The position numbers and the translations under genes are program-made. A DNA stretch of 45,758 nt, from the NCBI GenBank assembly GCA_902791745.1, contig CADAWZ010000003.1:1-45758 (forward strand), given 5' to 3'. The first letter of the stretch is position 1. Each line of letters opens with the position of its first letter. The notes under the pieces are model-generated. The model saw only the letters and a program-made list of their open reading frames with translations, searched no databases and had not been told where the DNA came from. Shown piece after piece: positions 9,008 through 18,780 of this stretch. The DNA comes from an uncultured bacterium. Its GTDB lineage: Bacteria; Vulcanimicrobiota; CADAWZ01.

Positions 9008-9164
9008 GAGGCGTGTTGGTAAACTCTATTTTTAATTTGTAAGTTTTCGGCTACGCCAATTTTTGAGGTATAAGTCATTCACTTCAAGCTTCGCTTCGCT
9101 CTATTCCGTTCATTGACTTGCACCACACAAAATTGGCTAATTTGGAGTTTACCCTCTCAACCCT
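9008..9164. mobile_element. MITE-like hairpin element, copy A
   Basis: GGTAAACTC...GAGTTTACC outer IR, GCCAATTTT...AAAATTGGC inner IR, core CATTCACT..CGCTTCGCTCTA..GTTCATT shared with copies at 37860 and 44416. Confidence 0.75.
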
Positions 9165-9167
9165 AAT

Positions 9168-9256
9168 AAAAAATATTTGATAAATTTTCACGATGGGGAG
9201 AGAAGACAAAATACAAAAAATATTTGATAAATTTTCATGATTGGGAAAAAAGACAA
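9168..9256 (+). repeat. Imperfect direct repeat, about 42 bp, period 47, upstream of murF
   Basis: AAAAAATATTTGATAAATTTTCA(C/T)GAT(G/T)GGGA(G/A)A(G/A)AAGACAA starting at 9168 and 9215. Confidence 0.85.
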
Positions 9257-10623
9257 TGATACCAATAAAATTAAGTGAAATATTTTCAATTTTTGGCAAA
9301 AATATGACCGTTGAAGATGTCGATATAAAAAATGTATCTACAGATTCAAGAACAATAGAAAAAGGCGATTTATTTGTGCCTATAGTTGGAGAAAATTTTG
9401 ATGGTCATAAATTCATAGAAAAAGCATTTACAAGTGGTGCAAGTGCTTCTCTGTGTCATGTAAATCAAGTAGAAAAATACACCAAATTCTCAGAAAAAAT
9501 AATACCTGTTGAAAATACACTCGACGCACTTTTAAAAATTGCTGGACATTACAGAAAACAATTCACTTTTCCAATAACAGCAATAACTGGAAGTAACGGA
9601 AAAACAACAGTAAAAGATATTTTAGTTCATTTGCTTTCAGCCAAATATAAAACAAATGGAACTTTTGAAAACTTCAACAATGAAATAGGAGTTCCAAAAA
9701 CAATTTTTTCCTGTGATTCAAATACAGAATTTCTCGTCGTTGAAATGGGAATGAGAGGAAAAGGACAGATAAGGAAACTCGTATCTGAAGTAAAGCCAAC
9801 ATCTGCAATTATAAGCATGATAGGAGAAGCACATTTTGAACTTCTCGGTTCAAGAAAAAATATAGCCGAAGCAAAAGCTGAAATAACAGAGCAACTTCCA
9901 AAATCTGGATTTGTTGTTATGAATGGAGATGACGATTTTGCAGATCTCATCAAAGAAAAATCCTCAGCTCCAGTTTATTTTTTTGGAAAATCAGATAGAT
10001 GTACGCTCAAAATTTTGTCATGTTCTCAAAAAGAAAATGGAATTGATGTAGAAGCAGATTATAAAGGCAAAAAAATAAATTATTTTGTACCACTTCTCGG
10101 AATACACAATGTATATAATGCAAGTGGAGCATTGCTATCAGCTCTATTAAGTGGTGTTGAATTGGATCAAGCTATTGAGCAATTAAAAACTGTAAAAATA
10201 TCAGGAAGCAGAATAGAAATAATAAAAACAGACAAATATACAATCTTAAATGATTGTTATAATGCAAGTCCTTCTTCTGCTAAAGCTGCAGTCGAAATAT
10301 TGTCTTCACAGAATGCAAATCATAGAACAGCAATTATAGGAGATATGGGAGAATTAGGAGAGATAGCAGAAAATTCTCACTATGAACTCGGTCAAAAAAT
10401 AGGAAAATCAAAAATAGATTTGCTACTTGTTGCTGGTCAATTTGATAACTTAGTAATTGAAGGGGCACTAAATGCAGGAATGGATAAAAATTCTTGTATA
10501 TCTTTTGAAAAAACAGAAAATTTTGAGAAAGTTATGGATAAAATACCATTAAAAAGTACAGTGCTTGTAAAGGCTTCACATTCAATGCACTTTGAAAATA
10601 TAACAAAATGTTTAACTAAGTAA
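9256..10623 (+). CDS. murF: UDP-MurNAc-tripeptide--D-Ala-D-Ala ligase
   Basis: TDSR, GENFDGH, AITGSNGKTT, NFNNEIG, EMGM, NDCYNASP, GDMGELG, VKAS; ATG 9256 preferred over TTG 9241. Confidence 0.96.
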   Translation: MIPIKLSEIFSIFGKNMTVEDVDIKNVSTDSRTIEKGDLFVPIVGENFDGHKFIEKAFTSGASASLCHVNQVEKYTKFSEKIIPVENTLDALLKIAGHYRKQFTFPITAITGSNGKTTVKDILVHLLSAKYKTNGTFENFNNEIGVPKTIFSCDSNTEFLVVEMGMRGKGQIRKLVSEVKPTSAIISMIGEAHFELLGSRKNIAEAKAEITEQLPKSGFVVMNGDDDFADLIKEKSSAPVYFFGKSDRCTLKILSCSQKENGIDVEADYKGKKINYFVPLLGIHNVYNASGALLSALLSGVELDQAIEQLKTVKISGSRIEIIKTDKYTILNDCYNASPSSAKAAVEILSSQNANHRTAIIGDMGELGEIAENSHYELGQKIGKSKIDLLLVAGQFDNLVIEGALNAGMDKNSCISFEKTENFEKVMDKIPLKSTVLVKASHSMHFENITKCLTK

Positions 10624-10644
10624 CAACGATCAAAGGGAGAAAAA

Positions 10645-11667
10645 ATGGATTTTTCAGTAATACCAGACTATTTTAGATTTGTAGCACCTTTATTAGGAAT
10701 AAGTTTTATCATAAGTATGATAATATTTCCTTTTTATATAAAAGCATTAAAAAAATTACAATGGGGACAACAAATAAGAGAAGAAGGTCCAGAAGATCAT
10801 CTATCTAAAAAGGGAACTCCTACAATGGGAGGACTCGCAATAATTGTAGTCTTTATTCTAACTTCATTATGTCTTCCATTTATTCCATCTACTTATAATG
10901 GTAAGCCATTGCAATTAACTCCTGATTACTATGTATTTGCTGGAATAATATTAATAAACGCAGGATTGGGGTTTGTTGATGATTTTTTAAAAATCAAAAA
11001 AAGTAAGTCATTAGGACTTCGTGCAAGAGATAAAATGACAGTACATCTGATAATGGCTATTGCTACAGCATACTATATGATTAACTTTACAGAAATTGGC
11101 AGTAAAATATTTATTCCATTTTTAGGTCATTCAATAGAATTTGGTTGGTGGTTATATCCTTTCTTTATGCTTGTTCTTCCTGGATGTGTAAATGCTGTAA
11201 ATTTGACAGATGGTCTTGATGGTCTCGCAGGAATAAATATAATAATATCTCTATCTGCATTCAGTCTCATACTTCTTGTAATGGGAAGAATAGATATGGT
11301 TACAGGCGGAATAATAATAGCAGGTGCTTTAATGGCATTCCTTTGGTTCAACTGTTATCCTGCCAAAATATTTATGGGTGATACAGGTTCGCTCGCACTC
11401 GGTGGTGCAATAGCAGGAATGGCTATTTTAACAGGAACAGAATTGATTCTCTGCATAATTGGCGGAATTTATGTATGCGAAGCACTGTCAGTTATGATTC
11501 AAGTAACATATTTCAAAAAAACTGGTGGTAAAAGAATATTTAGAATGACCCCTATTCATCACCATTTTGAAAAAGGTGGAATGCATGAAACACAAGTTAC
11601 AATGCGTTTTGCTATAACAGGCTTTATGTTTGCAGTATTAGGACTTTATGCATATTTTGGTTTTTAA
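10645..11667 (+). CDS. mraY: Phospho-N-acetylmuramoyl-pentapeptide transferase
   Basis: KKGTPTMGG, GFVDD, NAVNLTDGLDGL, FMGDTGS, PIHHHFE. Confidence 0.97.
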   Translation: MDFSVIPDYFRFVAPLLGISFIISMIIFPFYIKALKKLQWGQQIREEGPEDHLSKKGTPTMGGLAIIVVFILTSLCLPFIPSTYNGKPLQLTPDYYVFAGIILINAGLGFVDDFLKIKKSKSLGLRARDKMTVHLIMAIATAYYMINFTEIGSKIFIPFLGHSIEFGWWLYPFFMLVLPGCVNAVNLTDGLDGLAGINIIISLSAFSLILLVMGRIDMVTGGIIIAGALMAFLWFNCYPAKIFMGDTGSLALGGAIAGMAILTGTELILCIIGGIYVCEALSVMIQVTYFKKTGGKRIFRMTPIHHHFEKGGMHETQVTMRFAITGFMFAVLGLYAYFGF

Positions 11668-11687
11668 AAAATTAGAGGCAACAAAAA

Positions 11688-13058
11688 ATGGAATTCAAAA
11701 ACAAAAAAATTTCAATAGCTGGATTTGGAAAAAGTGGAAAATCCATAGCTGAGATATTATTAAAAAATGGAAATGAAATATTTATAAGTGATAGTGGAGA
11801 AGAATCAAAATTCACCGAACTTATAAAAGAACTCGATTCAACAAAAGTAACATATGAATTTGGAGGTCATACTTCAAAAATATATGAAGGTAAAGATCTC
11901 ATCATAATAAGTCCTGGTGTTTCGATATATACCCCTGCAATACAAGAAGCAATCAAACACAATGTTCCAGTAATGGGAGAAGTTGAAATTGCCTATGAAA
12001 TGGCAAAAGCTGATATAATTGCAATAACAGGAACAAATGGAAAATCAACAACTGTAAGTATGATCGATAAAATGCTAAAAGATCATGGATTAAAATCCAT
12101 TTTAGCAGGAAATATTGGCACTCCCCTATCTTATGAAATATATAATCACAAGGAAGCCGATTATATTGTCGCAGAAATTTCAAGTTTCCAACTTGAATCA
12201 ATATCAAAATTTCGTCCACACATTGCAGGAATAACAAATATAACAGATGATCACACCGACAGACATCATGGTTTTGAAAACTATGTAAAAGCAAAAGCAA
12301 GAATTTTCATGAATCAAACTGAAAATGATTTTGCAATTTTAAATGCAGATGATAAAAATGTATTAAAAGCAGGAGAAGGAATAAAATCAAAAATATTATT
12401 CTTTTCAATGGAAAAAGAAGTAAATAATGGTTTCTATCTCAAAAATGGAATAGTCTATAATAGTGAAAACAACATTTCAAAAGAATGTTTCAATATAAAT
12501 GAATTTAAAATACATGGAATACACAATATAAAAAATTTATTGACTACACTATGTGTTGGTAAAATATTAAATATATCACCTAAAGAAGTATTAAGTTCTA
12601 TAAATGAATACAAACTAATGCACCATAGACTTGAGTTTTCTGGAGAAAAAAATGGCGTCAAATTCTATGACGATTCAAAAGGAACAAATCCAGGTGCCGT
12701 AATTGCAGGAATAAATAGTTTTTCATGTCCTATAGCACTTATTGTAGGTGGAAGAAACAAAGGACTTGATTTTGATGAAATGGCAAAAGAAATCGCCCAA
12801 AAAGTACATACTCTTGTATGTATTGGTGAAGCTGGTCCTGAAATAGGCGAACTTGCCAAAAAACATGGAATGAAAAATATAATTAACTGTGGAACTGATT
12901 TTACAAAAGCAATAACAGAAGCATATAAATCAGTAGAAAATTTAAATGGTTGTGTGCTTTTATCTCCTGCAAATGCAAGTTTTGATATGTTCAAATCTGC
13001 AGAAAATAGAGGGGATATATTTAAAGAAATTGTACAAAATTTGATTAAGAGGTCTTAA
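11688..13058 (+). CDS. murD: UDP-MurNAc-L-Ala--D-Glu ligase
   Basis: GFGKSG, SPGV, ITGTNGKST, GNIG, EISSFQL, HRLE, DDSKGTN, SPANASFD. Confidence 0.97.
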   Translation: MEFKNKKISIAGFGKSGKSIAEILLKNGNEIFISDSGEESKFTELIKELDSTKVTYEFGGHTSKIYEGKDLIIISPGVSIYTPAIQEAIKHNVPVMGEVEIAYEMAKADIIAITGTNGKSTTVSMIDKMLKDHGLKSILAGNIGTPLSYEIYNHKEADYIVAEISSFQLESISKFRPHIAGITNITDDHTDRHHGFENYVKAKARIFMNQTENDFAILNADDKNVLKAGEGIKSKILFFSMEKEVNNGFYLKNGIVYNSENNISKECFNINEFKIHGIHNIKNLLTTLCVGKILNISPKEVLSSINEYKLMHHRLEFSGEKNGVKFYDDSKGTNPGAVIAGINSFSCPIALIVGGRNKGLDFDEMAKEIAQKVHTLVCIGEAGPEIGELAKKHGMKNIINCGTDFTKAITEAYKSVENLNGCVLLSPANASFDMFKSAENRGDIFKEIVQNLIKRS

Positions 13059-13060
13059 AT

Positions 13061-14236
13061 TTGAAAAAGAAACCTGATTTAACTATTATTTTAATAAGTA
13101 CAATATTGCTGATGATCGGTACAGTAATGGTTTTTAGTGCAAGTTCTCCTACTTGTGCTATGCTATCTGAATACGGTAATGATCCATACTATTATCTAAA
13201 AAAACAAATTGTAAATATCGCTATAAGCCTTGGTCTTTTTTGGTTATGTGCTGTGATAGACATAAAAGCCATGAAAAAATATGGTCATTTACTATTCATA
13301 TTAAATTTAGTATTGATAAGTATAATATTAGTTCCTGGAGTTGGAATAACTTCAAAAGGAGCTACTCGATGGCTTGGAGTTGGAAGTATTTCTTTTCAAC
13401 CAGCCGAATTTGCAAAATTATTTTGCGTGATATTTATGGCATCATATCTTTCAAAAAGAGCTGAAAAAATAAAAAATTCTTGGCAATTTTGGATTTTGAC
13501 GGGTTGGATAGTTTTAACTGCTGGTTTAATTGAAAGAGAACCAGATTTAGGAACAGCCCTTTCGATATGTATAGTATTTATGATAATGTTGTACATAAGT
13601 GGAGCCAAATTATCAGATATGGCTTGGCTAACTGGTCTTGGTGCGTCTGTTGTCAGTGCTATTTTGATATTTGGAGGAAATTCCTATAGAATAAAAAGAC
13701 TGACATCTTTTTTAGATCCTTGGAAAGATTCACAAGATTCAGGTTACCATGTATGCCAATCAATAATAGCAATAGGTTCGGGTGGTTTTGGTTTAGGATT
13801 GGGAGAAAGCCGACAAAAATATTTCTATCTTCCTGAACAACATACAGATTTTGTATTTGCAATAACAGGAGAAGAATTAGGAATAATAGGCACACTTATA
13901 ATTATTTTACTATTTTGCTTTTTCCTACACAGAGGCTTCAAAATTGCTTCCGAAACAAGCGACTTATTTTTGAGATTACTTGCAGTTGGTTGTACCTTAA
14001 TGATAACTCTACAGGCATTTATGAATATAGGAGTTGTAATAGGACTTTTACCTTGTACAGGAATTCCACTTCCATTTATAAGTTATGGAGGTTCTTCCTT
14101 AATGGTTACATTAATGATGGTAGGACTTCTATTTAATATTTCACAATATTGTTCCAGAGACGGAATAGGATTGCAACTGGATGACGAAAAGTCAGATTAT
14201 GATTTCAACGAATGTTTAGATGCAGAAGAAGATTAA
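13061..14236 (+). CDS. ftsW: SEDS family peptidoglycan polymerase FtsW
   Basis: Multi-TM; GATRW, FQPAEFAK, EPDLG, YLPEQHTDF, PFISYGGSS. Confidence 0.95.
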   Translation: MKKKPDLTIILISTILLMIGTVMVFSASSPTCAMLSEYGNDPYYYLKKQIVNIAISLGLFWLCAVIDIKAMKKYGHLLFILNLVLISIILVPGVGITSKGATRWLGVGSISFQPAEFAKLFCVIFMASYLSKRAEKIKNSWQFWILTGWIVLTAGLIEREPDLGTALSICIVFMIMLYISGAKLSDMAWLTGLGASVVSAILIFGGNSYRIKRLTSFLDPWKDSQDSGYHVCQSIIAIGSGGFGLGLGESRQKYFYLPEQHTDFVFAITGEELGIIGTLIIILLFCFFLHRGFKIASETSDLFLRLLAVGCTLMITLQAFMNIGVVIGLLPCTGIPLPFISYGGSSLMVTLMMVGLLFNISQYCSRDGIGLQLDDEKSDYDFNECLDAEED

Positions 14237-14251
14237 AGGCGATTAAAAAAA

Positions 14252-15340
14252 ATGAACATAATATTTACAGGTGGTGGCACTGGTGGTCATCTATATCCAG
14301 CAATAGCTGTTGCAAGAGCATTAAAAGAGAAAGATTCAAATAACAATATATTATTTATTGGAAATGAAAATGGCATAGAATCAACAATAGTTCCCAAAGA
14401 GGGATTTGATATAAAATTTGTAAAATGCAGTTCATTCAGTTCAAATCCAATAAAACTTGCAACTGGACTTTGTAAAGTTGCAACTGGAATATTTGAATCA
14501 CTTTCTATAATATCAAAATTTAAACCCAATATAATAGTAGGAAGTGGAGGATATGTAAGTGCTCCTGTAACATTTGCAGGAAGTCTAAAGAAAGTACCTG
14601 TTGTTCTTCTCGAACAAAATACAATATCAGGAAAAACAAACAGATTTATAGGAAAATTTGCAAAAAAAATTTGTATAAGTTTTGAAGACAGTGCAGAATC
14701 ATTTCCTAAAAACAAAACAGTATTTACAGGAAATCCTGTCAGAGATGATATATTATCAGCAGATAGAGAAGAATCAAGGAAAGAACTAAACATAAACAAA
14801 GACCAATTTTGTATTTTAGTAACTGGAGCAAGTCAAGGTGCTAAAAGCATAAACAACGGAATTATCGAATGTTTAAAAAAATGGAAAGATAAAGATATTA
14901 CTATAATTCATCTAACAGGTGAAAAAAATTGGGAAGAAATAAAAAAAGCAACAGAAGAATTAACAAAGAATTCAAAAATTGATTACAGACCTGTTGCTTA
15001 TATGAACAATATAGCATCTGCCTATGCTTCTTGTGATTTAGTCATAGCAAGAGCAGGAGCAACTACATTAGCAGAAATTTCCGATAGAGGAATTCCTGCC
15101 ATTCTAATCCCCTACCCTCACGCAGCAGAAGACCATCAAAAGAAAAATGCATTATTTTTTGAAAAGAAAAATGCTGCAATAGAAATTGACGATGATAAAA
15201 TTCAAGAAAAATTAATAGAAACAGTAGAAATACTTATAAATGATAAAAATAAATTGGATTCTATGAGTAGAGCATGTAAAAATTTAGGAAAACCCAATGC
15301 AGTTTTTGAAATTTTAAAGGTATTAGAAGAAATAAAGTAG
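14252..15340 (+). CDS. murG: Lipid II GlcNAc transferase MurG
   Basis: GGGTGGHLYP, GGYVS, EQN, GNPVR, GASQGA, RAGATT, HQKKNA. Confidence 0.97.
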   Translation: MNIIFTGGGTGGHLYPAIAVARALKEKDSNNNILFIGNENGIESTIVPKEGFDIKFVKCSSFSSNPIKLATGLCKVATGIFESLSIISKFKPNIIVGSGGYVSAPVTFAGSLKKVPVVLLEQNTISGKTNRFIGKFAKKICISFEDSAESFPKNKTVFTGNPVRDDILSADREESRKELNINKDQFCILVTGASQGAKSINNGIIECLKKWKDKDITIIHLTGEKNWEEIKKATEELTKNSKIDYRPVAYMNNIASAYASCDLVIARAGATTLAEISDRGIPAILIPYPHAAEDHQKKNALFFEKKNAAIEIDDDKIQEKLIETVEILINDKNKLDSMSRACKNLGKPNAVFEILKVLEEIK

Positions 15341-15387
15341 AAGAGTAACATTTAACTTTTTTGAGATTTTGAGGTTTTTTTTATATA

Positions 15388-16827
15388 ATGCGACATATTC
15401 ATTTCATCGGTATTGGCGGAATAGGAATGAGTGGAATTGCCCAAATACTGATAAAAAAAGGCTATAAGGTTTCAGGTTCAGACTTAAAAAAATCGAACTT
15501 AACTGAAAATCTTGAAAACCTTGGAGCGAAAATTTATTACAATCATAATAAATCAAATATAGATGGTGCAGATACTGTAGTCTATTCTACAGCTATTTCT
15601 GAAAATAATATAGAAGTTCAATCTGCAAAAGAAGCAGGAATACAAATTATAAAAAGAGCAGAAATGCTTGGTTTTTTGATGAATGGACAAAATGGAACTG
15701 CAGTAGCAGGAACCCATGGAAAAACTACAACATCATCTATGATTTCTTATGTATTTAAATATATAGGATTAAATCCAACTGTGATAATAGGTGGAGAACT
15801 TTCCGCAATAACATCGAATGCATACTCTGGAACAGATCCATATTTAATAGCAGAAGCAGATGAAAGTGATGCATCATTTTTATATTTAAATCCTAAAATT
15901 GCAGTAATAACAAGTATTGACTCAGATGTAAATTTAAATGTAAGACCTTGGAGAGAATATAGAGATGACACACCTTTACTCATGGAAAAAATAAGGGAAA
16001 CATTTATAAATTTCACAGATAAAGTTCTTGAATCTGGATTAGTTGTTTTATGTGAAGATAATGCAGAAGTTAGAAAGATAAAATCAAGCATAAAAAGAAA
16101 AATAATAACTTATGGAATAAACCATGACGCTGATTTAATAGCAAAAGACATCAAATTATATGATTTTAAATCGTCTTGTGATGTATATTTAAAAGGTGAA
16201 AAAGTAGGAACTATGAATTTAAATGTTCCAGGAAAACACAATATACAAAATGCACTTGCATGTATTGCTGTCTGTACTGGATACGGATTTGATATAACAC
16301 AAGTCATAAATGCACTTGAAAAATTTGGAGGGTTAAAAAGAAGATTTGAAATCATTGGTAGACCAATGGGAACTATGATAGTAGATGACTATGCTCATAA
16401 TCCCTCTAAAATAATGTCAGCTTTACATGCAACAAAAACAGGAAATGCAAAAAGGGTTATAGCAGTATATCAACCACATAGATATTCACGCTCTAAATAT
16501 GAAAAAGAAGAATTATCTGAATCATTCTTTGAAGCAGACAAACTTATAATAAACGAAATATATTCTGCGGGTGAAAAACCTCTGGAAGATATATCTGGTG
16601 AAATACTAGCAGAATTGACAGCTAAAAAATCTCCAAATCTCGATGTAACTTTTATATCAGACCCTAAAGAAGCATTTGATAGCTTAATAGATAAAGTCAA
16701 AGAGGGAGATTTAATCATAGCACTTGGTGCAGGAGACATAACAAATTATGTCCATGAATTCTGTAATAAGCTCCAAGAGAAAGAAAAAAATAGCAAACAA
16801 GAAACTCATATTGCACATTGTGTCTAA
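15388..16827 (+). CDS. murC: UDP-MurNAc--L-alanine ligase with atypical motifs
   Basis: HFIGIGGIGMSG, GSD, AGTHGKTTT, EADESD, QPHRYSR; the usual DHLD and YAHHP motifs are altered. Confidence 0.92.
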   Translation: MRHIHFIGIGGIGMSGIAQILIKKGYKVSGSDLKKSNLTENLENLGAKIYYNHNKSNIDGADTVVYSTAISENNIEVQSAKEAGIQIIKRAEMLGFLMNGQNGTAVAGTHGKTTTSSMISYVFKYIGLNPTVIIGGELSAITSNAYSGTDPYLIAEADESDASFLYLNPKIAVITSIDSDVNLNVRPWREYRDDTPLLMEKIRETFINFTDKVLESGLVVLCEDNAEVRKIKSSIKRKIITYGINHDADLIAKDIKLYDFKSSCDVYLKGEKVGTMNLNVPGKHNIQNALACIAVCTGYGFDITQVINALEKFGGLKRRFEIIGRPMGTMIVDDYAHNPSKIMSALHATKTGNAKRVIAVYQPHRYSRSKYEKEELSESFFEADKLIINEIYSAGEKPLEDISGEILAELTAKKSPNLDVTFISDPKEAFDSLIDKVKEGDLIIALGAGDITNYVHEFCNKLQEKEKNSKQETHIAHCV

Positions 16828-16833
16828 AAGAAA

Positions 16834-17604
16834 ATGAAAAGAAAAACGGAAAAATTTAAACTTAAGCCAATATTTCATGGAAGTATTCCAAGAAAAATAT
16901 TTATTCTTTTTCTTTTTATTATCTCTCAGATTATATTTTTAAGTTCACAAAGTTTTCTATTAAATTGTGTTGAAATAAAAGGTCTGGAAAGGATAGAAGG
17001 AAACGATATTAAAGAAAAATGCAAACCTCCATTTGGTCATCTAATATGGTTTGCAAATACTGATGCGATGAATGAAAGTCTTTTATCAATTCCTTGGATA
17101 AAAGATTCAACAATAAAAAAAGTATATCCAAACAAACTTGTAATATCTGTTTCTGAAAGAAAACTTGTTTTAGCAGAAGCAAATGAGGCTTCTCCAAATA
17201 AATGGTATGGAGTTGATTCAGAAGGCTATATTTTAGCCGAAATAGAATCTAAAAAAGCTGGAAATTATCCTAAATTAATGGTTCAAAAAGAAATAATATT
17301 AAATTCAAAAGATAGTAAATCAAATATAAAATCTATTTTAAATGTTGATTCAATTATCTCAAAAAAAGACAAACAAAATATAAAATATTACAAAATAGAT
17401 GAAGGCGGATACATCTCATTTGTATATGACACAGGAAAAAGGACATTTGAAGTTAAAATAGGTGAACCTGAAAATGCATCTGAAAAAATGAAAATATTTA
17501 CAGCAATGAGAGAACAAATGGGAAATCAAATAAACTATTTAGAATACATAGATTTAAGATATTCTGAGCCTGTTGTAAAATTAAGAGGATTTATAAAAAA
17601 ATAG
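16834..17604 (+). CDS. ftsQ: Cell division protein FtsQ/DivIB
   Basis: N-terminal TM, POTRA-like segment (PWIKDSTIKKVYPNKLVISVSER), C-terminal YIDLRY. Confidence 0.88.
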   Translation: MKRKTEKFKLKPIFHGSIPRKIFILFLFIISQIIFLSSQSFLLNCVEIKGLERIEGNDIKEKCKPPFGHLIWFANTDAMNESLLSIPWIKDSTIKKVYPNKLVISVSERKLVLAEANEASPNKWYGVDSEGYILAEIESKKAGNYPKLMVQKEIILNSKDSKSNIKSILNVDSIISKKDKQNIKYYKIDEGGYISFVYDTGKRTFEVKIGEPENASEKMKIFTAMREQMGNQINYLEYIDLRYSEPVVKLRGFIKK

Positions 17605-17607
17605 CTT

Positions 17608-18360
17608 ATGGAAAAAAATAACAATCAACACAACAGAGAAAATTGGCAAATTCCAATAGCTATAACCTGCATGTTACTTGGCATAGTAGTTACAATGCAA
17701 TTTAAAATGCAAGAAAAAGCAGGTTTTCCTCAACTTTCAAACAACAGAAATGACATGATAAAAATGGTTCATGAGCTTGAAGTTCAGAAAAACAAATTGG
17801 AAAAAGATCTCGAACAAAAAAAGAAAGAATTGAGCAATTTTGAGCAAGTTTCAGGAAGCAAAGAAGATTTAGTAAAAGCTATGCAAAATCAACTCGATAT
17901 GATAAGAACTGAAGCTGGCTATACAGATGTAAAAGGTCCTGGTATTATTGTGGAGTTATCAGATTCGGCAAAAAGACCTGCTCCAAAAGATGATCCATTC
18001 TTTTTTATAGTACATGATGTGGATATTGCTACACTTGTAAATGAATTATGGGCTTCAGGGGCCGAAGCAATTTCCGTAAATGGTCAAAGAATAGTTATAA
18101 ACACATCTATAAGATGTGTAGGGCCAACTGTTCTTATAAATTCAGTTAGATTAGCTTCACCATATAAAATAATTGCTATAGGTCCAGCAAAAGACTTAGA
18201 TGGAGCTTTAAGAACTCCTGGTGGATTTGTAGATTATATGACACCTTCGACAAATCAAGGAGTTAATGTAATCATAAACAAATATGACAATTTAGAAATT
18301 TCTGGATATAAAGGAAGTATGATATTGAGATATGCAGTTCCAGTGGGAGCTGAAAAATAA
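17608..18360 (+). CDS. DUF881 family protein (YlxW/YlxX-like)
   Basis: TM plus coiled coil; GPGIIVELSD, VHDVDI..LVNELWASGAEAISVNGQR, IRCVG. Confidence 0.9.
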   Translation: MEKNNNQHNRENWQIPIAITCMLLGIVVTMQFKMQEKAGFPQLSNNRNDMIKMVHELEVQKNKLEKDLEQKKKELSNFEQVSGSKEDLVKAMQNQLDMIRTEAGYTDVKGPGIIVELSDSAKRPAPKDDPFFFIVHDVDIATLVNELWASGAEAISVNGQRIVINTSIRCVGPTVLINSVRLASPYKIIAIGPAKDLDGALRTPGGFVDYMTPSTNQGVNVIINKYDNLEISGYKGSMILRYAVPVGAEK

Positions 18361-18741
18361 ATGTGGATATTACTCGGTCTTATATTGGGAATAGTAATTG
18401 CTTTTATTCTTCCATCTCAATTTACTTTTCCAATTGCATATTCAACATATATATCGGTTGCATTTTTAGCAGGACTTGATTCTGTTATAGGTGGAATAAA
18501 AGGTGGAATTGAAGGAAAATTCGATTTATCTGTATTTATTTCTGGCTTTATAATGAATACATTGCTTGCAGCTCTAATAACTTGGATGGGAGATAGAATA
18601 GGAGTCGATCTATATATGGCTGCTATAGTTACATTTGGAGTTAGAATTTTTAATAACTTGGGATATATAAGACATGATTTAATGAATAAAAATCATAAAG
18701 ATAAGAATGAAGAAAAAACTATTAAAGAAGAAAACAAATAA
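18361..18741 (+). CDS. sbp: Small basic protein Sbp (DUF1290)
   Basis: YISVAFLAGLDSVIGG, FISGF..NTLLA, GVDLY.AA...FGVRIFNN; usual dcw position. Confidence 0.88.
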   Translation: MWILLGLILGIVIAFILPSQFTFPIAYSTYISVAFLAGLDSVIGGIKGGIEGKFDLSVFISGFIMNTLLAALITWMGDRIGVDLYMAAIVTFGVRIFNNLGYIRHDLMNKNHKDKNEEKTIKEENK

Positions 18742-18780
18742 AAACGGCAAAATATTTTTTGAATGTGAGGTTAATTTTAA

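Noticed and set aside
9008-9164. Hairpin elements considered as tRNA, T-box or riboswitch
   Set aside because: No cloverleaf or T-box motif; copies occur in both orientations next to unrelated genes and have terminal inverted repeats.
9168-9256. Direct repeat considered as a CRISPR remnant or Fnr box pair
   Set aside because: Only two units with a 5-bp gap, no spacers and no cas genes; TTGAT-N4-TTTCA matches only half of the Fnr consensus.
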